A DNA stretch of 64,000 nt from contig CBEUCH010000010.1 in the NCBI GenBank assembly GCA_965541585.1, forward strand, positions 32,001 to 96,000, given 5' to 3'. Of this stretch, positions 16,692 through 27,115 are shown piece by piece; positions within the stretch are counted from its first letter, which is position 1, and the number at the start of each line of letters is the position of its first letter. This DNA comes from an uncultured bacterium. Its GTDB lineage: Bacteria > Zixibacteria > MSB-5A5 > UBA10806. The notes beneath the pieces were generated by a model, which saw only the letters and a program-made list of their open reading frames with translations, had not been told where the DNA came from and did no database searches. A program made the translations under genes and the position numbers.

Positions 16692-19106
16692 CTATTTTAT
16701 AATAGTCATCTGTCTGATAGAGACCGTTGGTCCGGAGGTAAACTTGTAGAAATAAATGCCGCTTGTGATATTCCTTCCGGCATCGTTTTTTCCATCCCAT
16801 AAAAGCTGATTTAGACCAGCAGGAAATTCCTTAGAAGCCAGGTTCTTAACCAGCCGACCCCTGATATCGTAAATCTTAAGATCAACCCTACTCCGTTCGG
16901 AAAGATCAAACTCTATTGTGGTAGAGGAGTTGAAGGGATTGGGGAAGTTCTGATATACGATCGGGCTTTCAGGCAATATCTCCTCATCGTCGACGTCCGC
17001 TGGAGATCCTATTATGGCTGTTACCTGGGCCGGAATATACCTCTGTTTGGTCGCTGTGACGGTCATAAATCCTTCAGCCAGCGGTTCGATATCGAAACGG
17101 ACGCGGCCGGCGTTATCGGTGATGTCAACCTCGAATAATTCACCCGGCATATACAGACAGACCCTTGCCCCGGACAGATGATCGTTGCCGTCGAATACCC
17201 GGTATTGCAGTTGCTGCGGCCCGCCGAACTCGATCTCGGTCGGACCCTCCACCCGGAGGTTGCCATCCACAGAAAGCCATAACGCCATCTCCGGATCACC
17301 AAAGAGATTGTGCCCGTATCCGATGTCCCGGTAGTTGGGGTAATCGATTTTCGATAGAGCCTCGGCCACCGAGAGCCTGCTGGTGGAATCGTTGAGGACA
17401 TGGGTTATAAATCTCCTTTCCAGATTGTATGAGGATGAAACCCATCCCCAGCGGGTATTGCCGAGGAAAGCCACCCCTGCGCCTGGCTCGATCATATACG
17501 ACTCTGCAAAACAGTAGGGGCTGATATACGGTGGCGGTCGAAATATACCTGTATCGAAATCCAGAGAGGCGAGAGCGCAACTTATGGAGTAATGGACAGC
17601 CGGCTGGTCATAGGTCGTCAGGTGGCTCAATGCTCCACAGCCATTCCAGGCAACCGTGTCTCCCCAGACTCCCGAATAGCCGTAGTTATTATATTGAGTA
17701 CTTTTCGCTGTGTACCACGAGTAATCGCCATGGTTGAGATTCGAAATGAATCCCCATCCTTCCTGCATGACTTCAATCACGTATTCCCCGGTCGGGCTGG
17801 TCGGTGCAGGATCGTTTCCACTGGGTTCCTCGATCAGGCGGCTGGCATCGGTGATGAAGTTATCGGGCATCATATCTGCCAGGACATTGTGTTGACCCAG
17901 ATCACGCATCTGATCGGCACAAATAAACAGCGCCTTGGTCAGATACGATGGATCGCCATTTCCCGGATTCTTCTCATATATGATTGCCTTGTTGCCCCAG
18001 ATGGATGCATGTTCAGCGGTCCAGGCAGGTACTCTGCCAACATATAATTCCGGATAGATGTCAGGCTGATCCTGATACGATTCGCCCCAGACACCATCGC
18101 CGTCAGCGTCCCAATCACCGGTGAGATCAGCGAAATAGAGATCGGATATATGTTGCACATCCAGCTCAGGATGATTGTTGCTGACATTACCAGGATACAG
18201 ATAACGAATGGGGACAACATCATCGCTACCGCCCAGGAGAACATACTGGACACCCTCGCTGTAAGCCTGAATAAGGTAATTCCTTAGTTGTTCGGCGGGA
18301 TCGATCCCGGCGGTGCTGGCCAGGATGTCCTCGATCAAAACCATATCCGTGGGTAATCCCTTCTGATTCTTCCAGACAAGGAATGGATAAAATCCCGGGG
18401 CTATTTCGCCCGATGTGATTATCAGATATTGCGGTGCGGGGATGTTGCCCAATACTATCGGCGGGCCATCCGCTGGCGGCGAGGCCATCAACGGAAAATC
18501 AATCTGGTTGCTCACCATTCCCATTAACGCTCCATATGCATTTGGATCGCTTTTGATTATTAAAGCACTCCTATTGGATCTGGACCGGAGGCTGAGATGA
18601 ACGGTAATTTCCGGATAAAACAGGATCCTCCCCGAAAGCGGCTTATAACCTATCGGGTAAACCGCCAGATCCGCGACATGGATATCACCCCAGTTGCCGG
18701 AGCCCAATAGCCTCACACGCTCTGCCGGAAAAACCTGGTCGGACTCATAGATTAATGGATCGGGGAAGGATGCCGTGTCAGCGGGATAGTTGCCAGGTCT
18801 GAGATCGCCCCTGATGAAATCGACCTCGGCTGTTCCGATTATCAGGGAGTCGGGAATTTCATAGCTTAAATCGGCTACCTCGGTATTGGGAGGCAGGGCC
18901 AGCTTTATAATCCGATATTCCAGAGCCGGCGCGCCCGGAGAAGCAATCATTTCGCCGCCGTCAATTGATACCTTCCCGTCTACCAGGTCGACAGTGCTTC
19001 GGTCTGTAACCACCGTATAGATGTATTCGTCGCTGGCCACGGCTAAACTGCCCATGCTATAGGCAGTTAGCAACATTATCAGTATTCTATCTGAGATCAT
19101 TTTCAT
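16692..19106 (-). CDS. Gingipain-like C25 cysteine peptidase with propeptide and T9SS/FlgD-type CTD
   Basis: Signal peptide and propeptide; YLIIT, YVLLGG, SDLYFADL, ELYVGRVP; His (NLNHG) and Cys (SISCA) dyad; NLFGDPEM; CTD NFPNPFN...WDG...SGIYFY...MTIIK; ATG 19106 follows GGAGGGG. Confidence 0.9.
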   Translation of the reverse strand: MKMISDRILIMLLTAYSMGSLAVASDEYIYTVVTDRSTVDLVDGKVSIDGGEMIASPGAPALEYRIIKLALPPNTEVADLSYEIPDSLIIGTAEVDFIRGDLRPGNYPADTASFPDPLIYESDQVFPAERVRLLGSGNWGDIHVADLAVYPIGYKPLSGRILFYPEITVHLSLRSRSNRSALIIKSDPNAYGALMGMVSNQIDFPLMASPPADGPPIVLGNIPAPQYLIITSGEIAPGFYPFLVWKNQKGLPTDMVLIEDILASTAGIDPAEQLRNYLIQAYSEGVQYVLLGGSDDVVPIRYLYPGNVSNNHPELDVQHISDLYFADLTGDWDADGDGVWGESYQDQPDIYPELYVGRVPAWTAEHASIWGNKAIIYEKNPGNGDPSYLTKALFICADQMRDLGQHNVLADMMPDNFITDASRLIEEPSGNDPAPTSPTGEYVIEVMQEGWGFISNLNHGDYSWYTAKSTQYNNYGYSGVWGDTVAWNGCGALSHLTTYDQPAVHYSISCALASLDFDTGIFRPPPYISPYCFAESYMIEPGAGVAFLGNTRWGWVSSSYNLERRFITHVLNDSTSRLSVAEALSKIDYPNYRDIGYGHNLFGDPEMALWLSVDGNLRVEGPTEIEFGGPQQLQYRVFDGNDHLSGARVCLYMPGELFEVDITDNAGRVRFDIEPLAEGFMTVTATKQRYIPAQVTAIIGSPADVDDEEILPESPIVYQNFPNPFNSSTTIEFDLSERSRVDLKIYDIRGRLVKNLASKEFPAGLNQLLWDGKNDAGRNITSGIYFYKFTSGPTVSIRQMTIIK

Positions 19107-19361
19107 TATTTCCCCTCCGGAAATAGTGATCATTTCAAAAACTCGTAAAGGTGTTCAGCAACGCTGATGCCATGGCCGTTTTAAGGTGATCCGGATTGGA
19201 ACGGCGTTATAACGTATTCATTCATAAAAGGATACACAGAGCGTTAAGGTGCTCCCCACCATATAATGAGACCTCTGATAGGCCGATCTATGGGATTGCC
19301 TCCATACTTGTCGTTGTATCGCTATATCTTCTAACAAAATACGGATTGAGAGTTTTTTTGC

Positions 19362-19406
19362 TTGACTCTGGTGGGAAGAAATACCAAGATTGTGGGTGAA
19401 AGTGGG
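19362..19406 (+). promoter_or_regulatory. dcw (mraZ) promoter with MraZ-binding GTGGG repeats
   Basis: TTGACT-N17-CAAGAT; GTGGG at 19371, 19392 and 19402, roughly helical spacing. Confidence 0.8.
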
Positions 19407-19420
19407 AGAGATAATCTGAG

Positions 19421-19864
19421 ATGACAGCACTAAAAGGCACATTCAAATATTCTATCGATCACAAGGGGAGAGTAAACATCCCGGCCAGATTCAGGGACAA
19501 ACCGGATACCCCTGGAAGCGACCATTATGTGGTAATTCGCGGTTTTGAGGGTTGTCTATTCGTATATACCCACGAGGCGTGGCTTAGAATCGAAGAGAAG
19601 TTATCGGAGTTGAAAACGTTTTCTAACGCGAAGGCTCGCCGCTTTGTTCGAGCCCTGCTTTCGAATGCCGCAGATACCAAACTCGACAAGCAGGGCCGGA
19701 TCGCTATTCCCCAGAATCTTCTGGACCTGGCAGGCATAGGAAAAGAGGTCGTGGTACGCGGCATTTTAGATAAGATTGAACTCTGGGCCCCTGAAACATT
19801 GAAAAAGTATCAGGAAGACCAGCCTGAGTCCTATGAGGATATGGCTGGAGAGCTACTAATCTAA
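19421..19864 (+). CDS. mraZ: Division/cell wall cluster transcriptional repressor MraZ
   Basis: IDHKGRVNIP and LDKQGRIAIP duplicated SpoVT/AbrB motifs; first gene of dcw. Confidence 0.97.
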   Translation: MTALKGTFKYSIDHKGRVNIPARFRDKPDTPGSDHYVVIRGFEGCLFVYTHEAWLRIEEKLSELKTFSNAKARRFVRALLSNAADTKLDKQGRIAIPQNLLDLAGIGKEVVVRGILDKIELWAPETLKKYQEDQPESYEDMAGELLI

Positions 19865-19866
19865 CG

Positions 19867-20766
19867 ATGGATCACAAGCCGGTCATGACCGGTGAGATCG
19901 TATCGATTTTCGCTGATGTACCCGACGGCGTATTCATAGACGCCACTTACGGACTGGGCGGCCATACCAGGGCGCTGCTGAGCAGTTTTAGGGAAAAATT
20001 CGAATTCATCGGGGTCGACCGTGACGGCGAAATCCTGGAAAAAGCCGAGCGGAGTCGGCCGCAAGCGGTGACCTTGCGCCAGATGAAATTTTCCGAAATA
20101 CCTGGAATGCTGCGGAGGGAAAAGATCGGGCCTTTAACAGGGATATTATTTGATCCGGGATTGAATTCCGTCCAGCTCGATGATCCATCGAGAGGCTTTT
20201 CATATTTGAAGCCTGCATCCCTCGATATGAGGTTTGACAGGGAATCCGGCAGGTCTGCGGCCGAATTGATACGGACCTTAGAGGAAGACGAATTGATAAA
20301 GATTTTAAAAGAATACGGTCAGGAGAAAAACGCCAGGGCTATTGCGAGGGCAATTATTGCGGAAAGACCGGCGACGACCGAATCTCTGGCATCCTTGATA
20401 AGAAATATAGTGGGCTCGCGGCGGTTTATCAAATCAGCGGCAAGGGTGTTTCAAGCGTTGAGGATAATCATAAACGATGAACTCGAAGAGATAAGAACGG
20501 CCGTTTCGGAGGTTATCCCGATGCTGGCAGCGGGCGGGCGTCTGGCGGTGATTTCCTATCACTCGCTGGAGGATAGGATCGTCAAAAGGCTCTTTCTGCT
20601 TAATTCAGGAAAGTGCTTTTGCGGACCGGAGGTGGCCGAATGTGCCTGCGGTAAGCGCAGCCTGCTGGAGGTTAAGACGAAAAAGCCTCTCAGACCATCT
20701 GAAAAAGAAGTAAAGGCCAATTCGCGTGCCCGTCCAGCGAGGCTCAGATATGCGGAAAAGTTATAG
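19867..20766 (+). CDS. rsmH: 16S rRNA m4C1402 methyltransferase
   Basis: HKPVM, DATYGLGGH, LDMRFD, FQALRI, ISYHSLEDRIVK. Confidence 0.96.
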   Translation: MDHKPVMTGEIVSIFADVPDGVFIDATYGLGGHTRALLSSFREKFEFIGVDRDGEILEKAERSRPQAVTLRQMKFSEIPGMLRREKIGPLTGILFDPGLNSVQLDDPSRGFSYLKPASLDMRFDRESGRSAAELIRTLEEDELIKILKEYGQEKNARAIARAIIAERPATTESLASLIRNIVGSRRFIKSAARVFQALRIIINDELEEIRTAVSEVIPMLAAGGRLAVISYHSLEDRIVKRLFLLNSGKCFCGPEVAECACGKRSLLEVKTKKPLRPSEKEVKANSRARPARLRYAEKL

Positions 20767-21184
20767 GAGAAGGCGTCCGGAGAAGAGGCGAGGAGGGCTT
20801 CTGGGTATCATCCCGATCATGGTCTTGTTATTGTCTCTGGCCTGGATATGGAAGGCGGACAAAGTCAAAGAGCATTATTCCACGATGAAGAATCTCGAGG
20901 TGAGGAAGAAGGCCTTGACGACTGATAACTCCCGCCTTAAAGGCGAACTCACAGAGTTGAAATCGCTTACTAACGTGAATAATATAGTAACGAAACGATA
21001 TGGCCTGACGCAGAACGTATCAAGCAGGGTTTTCCTGCGGGACCCGGTTAAGCCGGCGGGCCGCATGAGCAAATTTCATCTGGTGGACATGCAGGAGATT
21101 ACGGACTGGCTGGAACGGGCGGTATTCAAATCGGGCCATATTACGGCAGAGGAGCAGAAAAATATGAAAGCAGGGCGAAAATAA
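20750..21184 (+). CDS. ftsL: Cell division protein FtsL-like
   Basis: Basic N-terminus, single TM helix, leucine-zipper heptads; located between rsmH and ftsI. Confidence 0.7.
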   Translation: MRKSYRRRRPEKRRGGLLGIIPIMVLLLSLAWIWKADKVKEHYSTMKNLEVRKKALTTDNSRLKGELTELKSLTNVNNIVTKRYGLTQNVSSRVFLRDPVKPAGRMSKFHLVDMQEITDWLERAVFKSGHITAEEQKNMKAGRK

Positions 21185-21186
21185 AG

Positions 21187-23154
21187 ATGGCAGAGCTAAG
21201 AACCATACGCAACAGGGGCAGAGGAATCATATTTCTAATGGCGTTCATTGGCGCCATTTTCATTGCCAGAGCTGTGCAGATTCAGATAATCCAGCATCGG
21301 GAATTTGCCGCTTATGCCGATTCCCAACAGCAATCGGCGATGCCGCTGAAGGCTAAAAGAGGCGCCATATACGATTGCGAGGGCAGAACTCTGGCATACG
21401 ATGTTGAAGCCAGAACTTATACCGTAAACCCCGGCTATATGAATTCCCCCCAGATGGCCGCCCGTAAACTTGCAAAACTCACCGGGAGGTCGGTCTCCCA
21501 CTGGAAACAGCAGTTTAAGAAGTATCCCGGGTATCTGGTGGCAGCGCGTCGAGTCCCTCAGAGTAAAGAGCCTGAATTCGAAAATGCGGGAATAGAGACA
21601 TTGAGATACAGGATCGAATCGGTGCGAATCTATCCTTATCGCGATCTGGCTTCCGAGGTTATCGGCCGAACGGACACCGATAATATCGGGGTATCAGGGC
21701 TGGAGATGCACTATCAGGATATCTTAACTGGCATCGATGGCAGCAGCGTATACCTTCGGGATGCCAGAGGCAGAGAGGTGGCGGCCTGGGAGCATACTAT
21801 CGTTCAACCTCAGGATGGTGCGGATATTTATCTGACTCTCGATGTCGATCTTCAGCAGATAGTTGAAGAGGAACTCAACAGGATGCTCGATTCCAGCGGA
21901 TCGATCTATGGCTCGGCGATATTCCTTGATGTCATTACCGGTGGCATTCTTGCTTGCGCCACCGTCGAAAGTACCAAACCTCAATTTGCCAGATGCAGGA
22001 GTATCGTCGACATGAACGAGCCGGGCTCCACGGCTAAGATCGTACCTCTGGCCACTGTCTTCCAGGCGGGTTTATTTGAACCTGATGATATCATAAACGT
22101 AGAAGGAGGCAGGTTCAAGATCGGTCGGCGCGTCATCAGGGATGATCATCCATACGATTCGCTTCGCTGTGACGAGATAGGCATTTATTCGTCGAATATC
22201 GGAGTATCAAAACTTGGTATAACTGCGGGAGCGGAACGAATCTATAAGACTCTTGTGCAAATGGGCTTCGGGGCCAAAACCGGCGTTGATTTCCCGGGAG
22301 AATCTGCCGGTACGGTTCGAAAGCCCGACAGCTGGACTGACCATCTTCTGGCCAACATCTGTTTTGGATATGGCATTGCGGCCACAGGCATCCAGATTGT
22401 GTCCGCGTACGGAGCCATTGCTTCCGGAGGCGAGCTATATAAGCCCTATTTCGCCGCAAAGAAGGTTCTACCGGACGGGACCGAAAGAATTTTGAATTCA
22501 AAGAAGCTTGTCAGAAAGATCTCGGACAGTCGCACGGCCGGAATTCTCGATCAGATTTTGCAGGGGGCTGTGCAGAGGGGAACGGCCAGAAAAGCCAAGG
22601 ACAGTCGCTGTCAGATCGCGGGCAAGACGGGAACGGCTCTTAGAACGAGATTGGAGGGCAGAGGTTATGATCCTGAAAGGTCGCTGGCATCATTCGTGGG
22701 GTATTTCCCGGTTGGGAATCCTCGAGTAGTCGGCCTGGTGATGTTCGACGAACCACAGACCAGCATTTACGGTGGCGAGGTCTCGGCGCCGGTGTTCAAA
22801 AATATGGCCAGAAGATACAGCAGCCTTCCTCGCAAAAGTATGCTGGCTGTTGCCGGGAGCGAAGAACGTTCATCCGAATCCCGTTTTAACATTGCAAGCT
22901 GGGAAGGTGCACAGATGATGACTCTCGCCGCAATCCGCCCGTTGGGAAGAGAGGATTTTCCCTACGATGAGGTTGATCGTATCATCCTGCCGGATTTTCG
23001 CGGTAAAACTATCAGGGATGCCATGCGGTTGGCCAGATCGCTGGGTTTAGACTATTCGATTGCCGGAAGCGGAGTGGTAATATCTCAAAATCCTTCTCCT
23101 GGCGTTGCCCTCTCAGGAGCCGGAACTCTCGAGCTAATCGGCGGACTGAGATGA
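21187..23154 (+). CDS. ftsI: Septal penicillin-binding protein (PBP3) with PASTA domain
   Basis: KRGAIYD, GVSGLE, EPGSTAK (SxxK), SSN, KTGT; C-terminal PASTA. Confidence 0.95.
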   Translation: MAELRTIRNRGRGIIFLMAFIGAIFIARAVQIQIIQHREFAAYADSQQQSAMPLKAKRGAIYDCEGRTLAYDVEARTYTVNPGYMNSPQMAARKLAKLTGRSVSHWKQQFKKYPGYLVAARRVPQSKEPEFENAGIETLRYRIESVRIYPYRDLASEVIGRTDTDNIGVSGLEMHYQDILTGIDGSSVYLRDARGREVAAWEHTIVQPQDGADIYLTLDVDLQQIVEEELNRMLDSSGSIYGSAIFLDVITGGILACATVESTKPQFARCRSIVDMNEPGSTAKIVPLATVFQAGLFEPDDIINVEGGRFKIGRRVIRDDHPYDSLRCDEIGIYSSNIGVSKLGITAGAERIYKTLVQMGFGAKTGVDFPGESAGTVRKPDSWTDHLLANICFGYGIAATGIQIVSAYGAIASGGELYKPYFAAKKVLPDGTERILNSKKLVRKISDSRTAGILDQILQGAVQRGTARKAKDSRCQIAGKTGTALRTRLEGRGYDPERSLASFVGYFPVGNPRVVGLVMFDEPQTSIYGGEVSAPVFKNMARRYSSLPRKSMLAVAGSEERSSESRFNIASWEGAQMMTLAAIRPLGREDFPYDEVDRIILPDFRGKTIRDAMRLARSLGLDYSIAGSGVVISQNPSPGVALSGAGTLELIGGLR

Positions 23155-24656
23155 TTCTTGCGGTTATGAATGAAATAACCAGACAAAGTCGGCGGATAAC
23201 TCTGCGTGAGCTTTTTGAAGGATTCGATGTAGCCTTCCCGGAGGATTCTTACGATATAGAGATTTCCGGGCTGGCCGATGATTCACGCCAGGTAAAACCA
23301 GGAGATCTATTCGCCGCGGTTCCCGGGCATGATACCGATGGGCGGAAATATATTGCAGAAGCCTCAACCCTGGGGGCGGCAGCGATACTGACATCGCCGG
23401 GAATGGATTTGCATGCTAATATTCCTGTAGTTCTGACCAACAACATAAGATCCGACTTGGGTGCAATGGCCGACCGCTTCTACGATCACCCATCGTCGAA
23501 GATGGCGGTGGCCGGAATCACCGGCACCAACGGCAAGACTACAACAGCATTCTTACTGGCAACTATCTTCGAAACATCCGGAATAAAATGGGGTAAGATC
23601 GGAACTATCGGCTGCGACATAGCCGGTCGGCATATCCCCTGCGGGAATACCACTCCCGGCAGCATCGATCTGCACAGGATTCTGGCCTCCATGGTCGAGA
23701 AGAATCTTGCCGGCTGTGCCATGGAGGTATCATCTCATGCACTTGATCAAGACCGTATCAAGAATATAAAATTTTCCTCGGCTACCTTCACCAACCTGAG
23801 CCAGGATCATCTCGATTATCACCGTGATATGGAGAGCTACTTTGCTGCCAAAGCAATACTTTTCGCGGACGTCCCCGTTTCGGTTATCAATATCGATGAT
23901 GAATACGGGCGAAAGCTGATCGATCGAATTAACGGAAAGGTTGTTACATTTTCATCCGCGACGGATGCCGATCTCGAAGTTAGCTGTATAGATTCGGATA
24001 TGCAGGGTTCGGTTTTGAGGTTTCGTCACGGCGGCGAGGATAGAAGTTTTAGATTTCCATTGCCGGGATGGTTTAACCACCAGAATGCGGCTGCGGCCGC
24101 GGCAACGGCCATCGGTCTGGGGTTAACGCTCGACCAGGCGGTGGAGGGATTGACACAATCAACCGCCATTCCCGGAAGGCTGGAACCGGTCGATCTTGGC
24201 CAGCCGTTCGCAGTTTATATAGACTATGCACATACGCCCAATGCTCTTGAAAGGCTGCTTACAAGTCTTCGCCGTTTTAACCCGAATAGATTACACGTGG
24301 TTTTCGGATGCGGCGGCGATAGGGATAAGAAAAAACGTCCGCTTATGGGAGAGATAACATCGAATCTGGCCGATCATATCTATTTGACATCGGATAATCC
24401 CCGTACCGAAGATCCTAAAGCCATAATTGATGATACGCTTAAAGGTATTGCCGATCGCAAGAAATGTGTTGTGATTGAGGATAGGCCGCAGGCTATTCAA
24501 TCCGCAATCTCCGGAGCGTCGGAGGGCGACATCGTAGCCATTGCCGGTAAAGGGCATGAAGAATACCAGGTGATTGGCACGGTGAAGAAATATTTTTCCG
24601 ATATCGAAGTGGTTAAATCAGTGTTGCGGAAGTTGGGTTATGGGAATAATGGTTGA
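23151..24656 (+). CDS. murE: UDP-MurNAc-tripeptide synthetase (meso-DAP type)
   Basis: GITGTNGKTT, MEVSSHAL, DYAHTP, GCGGDRD, DNPR motif, AGKGHE. Confidence 0.97.
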   Translation: MILAVMNEITRQSRRITLRELFEGFDVAFPEDSYDIEISGLADDSRQVKPGDLFAAVPGHDTDGRKYIAEASTLGAAAILTSPGMDLHANIPVVLTNNIRSDLGAMADRFYDHPSSKMAVAGITGTNGKTTTAFLLATIFETSGIKWGKIGTIGCDIAGRHIPCGNTTPGSIDLHRILASMVEKNLAGCAMEVSSHALDQDRIKNIKFSSATFTNLSQDHLDYHRDMESYFAAKAILFADVPVSVINIDDEYGRKLIDRINGKVVTFSSATDADLEVSCIDSDMQGSVLRFRHGGEDRSFRFPLPGWFNHQNAAAAAATAIGLGLTLDQAVEGLTQSTAIPGRLEPVDLGQPFAVYIDYAHTPNALERLLTSLRRFNPNRLHVVFGCGGDRDKKKRPLMGEITSNLADHIYLTSDNPRTEDPKAIIDDTLKGIADRKKCVVIEDRPQAIQSAISGASEGDIVAIAGKGHEEYQVIGTVKKYFSDIEVVKSVLRKLGYGNNG

Positions 24657-26028
24657 AAGAAAAAGTATGCTGTTTACGATAGGAGAGGTAGGTGAAATCC
24701 TGGGGTCGAAGTTGGAGGGGGATCCCGGATTTCACCTGACCTCCGTCAGGGGAATCAAGATCGACAGCCGGAAAATCGACCAGGACGATTTATTTATTGC
24801 TATCAAGGGCCCGAGATATGACGGTCACGATTTCATCGAGGCGGCAATGTCAAATGGTGCGGTAGCCGCAATCGTCTCCGGGCAAGAGGCGGAACGCCGG
24901 AAGCTTTATGGCGAAAGATATATCACCGTAGATGATACGATCTACGCTCTTGGAGAACTCGCAAAGCATCATCGCAAGAAGCTAACCCTGACCGTGGTAG
25001 CCGTAACCGGCTCCAATGGCAAGACCACTGTTAAAAATCTCATCTATGAAATTCTATCCCGGAATGGCCCGACGCTTAAATCGCCGGCGAATTTCAATAA
25101 CTTCTTCGGCCTGCCACTCTCGATATTTCAGATCAACGATCGCCACAAATCGGCCGTTCTGGAGTTGGGAATGAGCGCCAGGGGAGAGATTTCCCGGCTG
25201 GGGGAGATAGCCTCGCCAGACGTCGCCGTCATAACCAACGTGGGGCCGGTGCATCTTGAATTTTTCAACAATGTCGATGAAATCGCGGAGGCGAAGCTTG
25301 AAATTCTGGAGAGGATCGAACCGGGTGGAACCCTGATTGTAAACGGTGACGATGAAATTCTAAATGGCAAGATTAGTCAGGGAGATTATGAAATCGTTCG
25401 CTTCGGCCTATCAGGAGAAAACGATATCAATCCCCAGAACCTGACTTTCGACGAGAACCAGTTGCCCTCCTTTAAGATCACTGGGACGCCTATAAGATCG
25501 AATCTGCCGGGTGTCCATAATGTTTATAACATACTGACTGCATTTGCGGTTTCGAAGGTTTCGGGAGTCTCGCCGGAGCTTGCCGCGGCTGCCATAGATC
25601 GCTATCGGCCCGATGAAATGCGATCGGAAATCATAAAGAAGAAGGGGATAACGTTCATAATTGACTGCTACAACGCCAATCCGGTTTCCATGAAGTATGC
25701 GCTGGATACCATGGCCAAAATGGAGTGCAAGGGTCGTCGAATTGCGGTTATGGGAGATATGCTGGAGCTGGGCGAGCTCTCAGAGATGTATCATCGGCAA
25801 ATCGGCATTTACGCTTCTGAACAGGGAATCGACACCGTTTTTTGCTACGGGCCTTTAGCCGGGCTCATAGCCGAATCATCCGGCGAGAAAGCTTATCATT
25901 TCGACGAGCAGGAAGAATTAGCGGAACGCCTGTTAAGGGAGATAGCCAGGGGCGATATGGTCTTGTTTAAGGGCTCTCGAGGTATGGCTCTGGAAAATAT
26001 CGCAAACCGGGTTATGGGATCGCTATAA
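24640..26028 (+). CDS. murF: UDP-MurNAc-pentapeptide synthetase
   Basis: IDSR, GSNGKTT, NFNNFFGLP, DCYNANPVSM, GDMLELG, KGSRG. Confidence 0.97.
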   Translation: MGIMVERKSMLFTIGEVGEILGSKLEGDPGFHLTSVRGIKIDSRKIDQDDLFIAIKGPRYDGHDFIEAAMSNGAVAAIVSGQEAERRKLYGERYITVDDTIYALGELAKHHRKKLTLTVVAVTGSNGKTTVKNLIYEILSRNGPTLKSPANFNNFFGLPLSIFQINDRHKSAVLELGMSARGEISRLGEIASPDVAVITNVGPVHLEFFNNVDEIAEAKLEILERIEPGGTLIVNGDDEILNGKISQGDYEIVRFGLSGENDINPQNLTFDENQLPSFKITGTPIRSNLPGVHNVYNILTAFAVSKVSGVSPELAAAAIDRYRPDEMRSEIIKKKGITFIIDCYNANPVSMKYALDTMAKMECKGRRIAVMGDMLELGELSEMYHRQIGIYASEQGIDTVFCYGPLAGLIAESSGEKAYHFDEQEELAERLLREIARGDMVLFKGSRGMALENIANRVMGSL

Positions 26029-26029
26029 T

Positions 26030-27115
26030 ATGTTATATCATTTGCTTTATCCGCTCAGCAAGTATATTTCCGGTTTCAATCTCTTCAAATATATAACGTT
26101 CAGGGCGGCCTATGCCACTGTTACGGCAATGCTCATCAGCTTTCTTTTCGGAAGTCTCTTTATCGGTTTTCTGCGCAGACGTCGCGTAAAGGAGAGCATC
26201 AGATCCGATGGCCCGGAGACGCACCTGACAAAAGAAGGCACGCCGACCATGGGAGGCCTTCTCATACTGCTATCCATCGTCGTGCCAACGCTTCTGTGGG
26301 CTGATTTAACCAACCGGTACGTGCACCTGATCCTGTTTGTCACGGTCTGGATGGGTGCCCTGGGATTTATGGACGATTATCTAAAGGTGAAGCTCAAGCA
26401 AAGGAAAGGGCTGGTGGCCAGGAAGAAATTCGTGGGGCAGGTGGCGCTGGGCCTGATTTTCGGGGCCATACTCTATTTTTTCCCTCCCGATCCCGCTTTT
26501 GGCACCACAACCGAGCTTCCCTTTGTTAAAAGCTACTATCTTGATTTTGGATTCTTTTATATTCCGTTTGTCATTCTTGTTATAACCGGTTCATCCAATG
26601 CCGTAAATTTAACCGACGGGCTGGATGGTCTTGCGATTGGGCTGGTGGGGATCAGTGCCATTGCCTTCGCGGGATTGTGTTACATTACCGGCAGAGTAGA
26701 CTTTTCCGATTATCTTGATATCACGTATCTTAAAGGCGCGGGAGAACTCACGATATATTGCGGGGCCCTGATAGGGGCCTGCCTGGGTTTTTTATGGTTC
26801 AATACCAATCCGGCAAAGGTCTTCATGGGAGATACCGGAGCCCTTGCGCTCGGGGGCGCTCTGGGCGGATTAGCGCTTTTAGTGAAGAAGGAAATCCTCC
26901 TGGTGATCATCGGAGGCGTTTTTGTGCTGGAGGCGGCATCGGTAATAATCCAGGTTCTATATTTCAAAGCAACCGGGAAAAGAGTTTTCAAGATGGCCCC
27001 GTTACATCACCATTTTGAGCTTTCCGGTTGGAAGGAACAACAGGTTGTCGTCAGGTTCTGGATAGTCGGGATCATATTTGCATTGATTACGCTGAGTACA
27101 TTGAAAATAAGATAA
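26030..27115 (+). CDS. mraY: Phospho-MurNAc-pentapeptide transferase
   Basis: KEGTPTMGG, DDY, NAVNLTDGLDGL, FMGDTG, APLHHHFE. Confidence 0.98.
   Translation: MLYHLLYPLSKYISGFNLFKYITFRAAYATVTAMLISFLFGSLFIGFLRRRRVKESIRSDGPETHLTKEGTPTMGGLLILLSIVVPTLLWADLTNRYVHLILFVTVWMGALGFMDDYLKVKLKQRKGLVARKKFVGQVALGLIFGAILYFFPPDPAFGTTTELPFVKSYYLDFGFFYIPFVILVITGSSNAVNLTDGLDGLAIGLVGISAIAFAGLCYITGRVDFSDYLDITYLKGAGELTIYCGALIGACLGFLWFNTNPAKVFMGDTGALALGGALGGLALLVKKEILLVIIGGVFVLEAASVIIQVLYFKATGKRVFKMAPLHHHFELSGWKEQQVVVRFWIVGIIFALITLSTLKIR

Noticed and set aside
19196..19442. Small ORFs in the C25/mraZ intergenic region
   Set aside because: They have no RBS or recognisable domain and overlap promoter and MraZ operator elements.
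20140..20185. RsmH motif reads DPGLNS instead of DLGVSS
   Set aside because: All other RsmH motifs and the gene position are intact; this is probably ordinary divergence.
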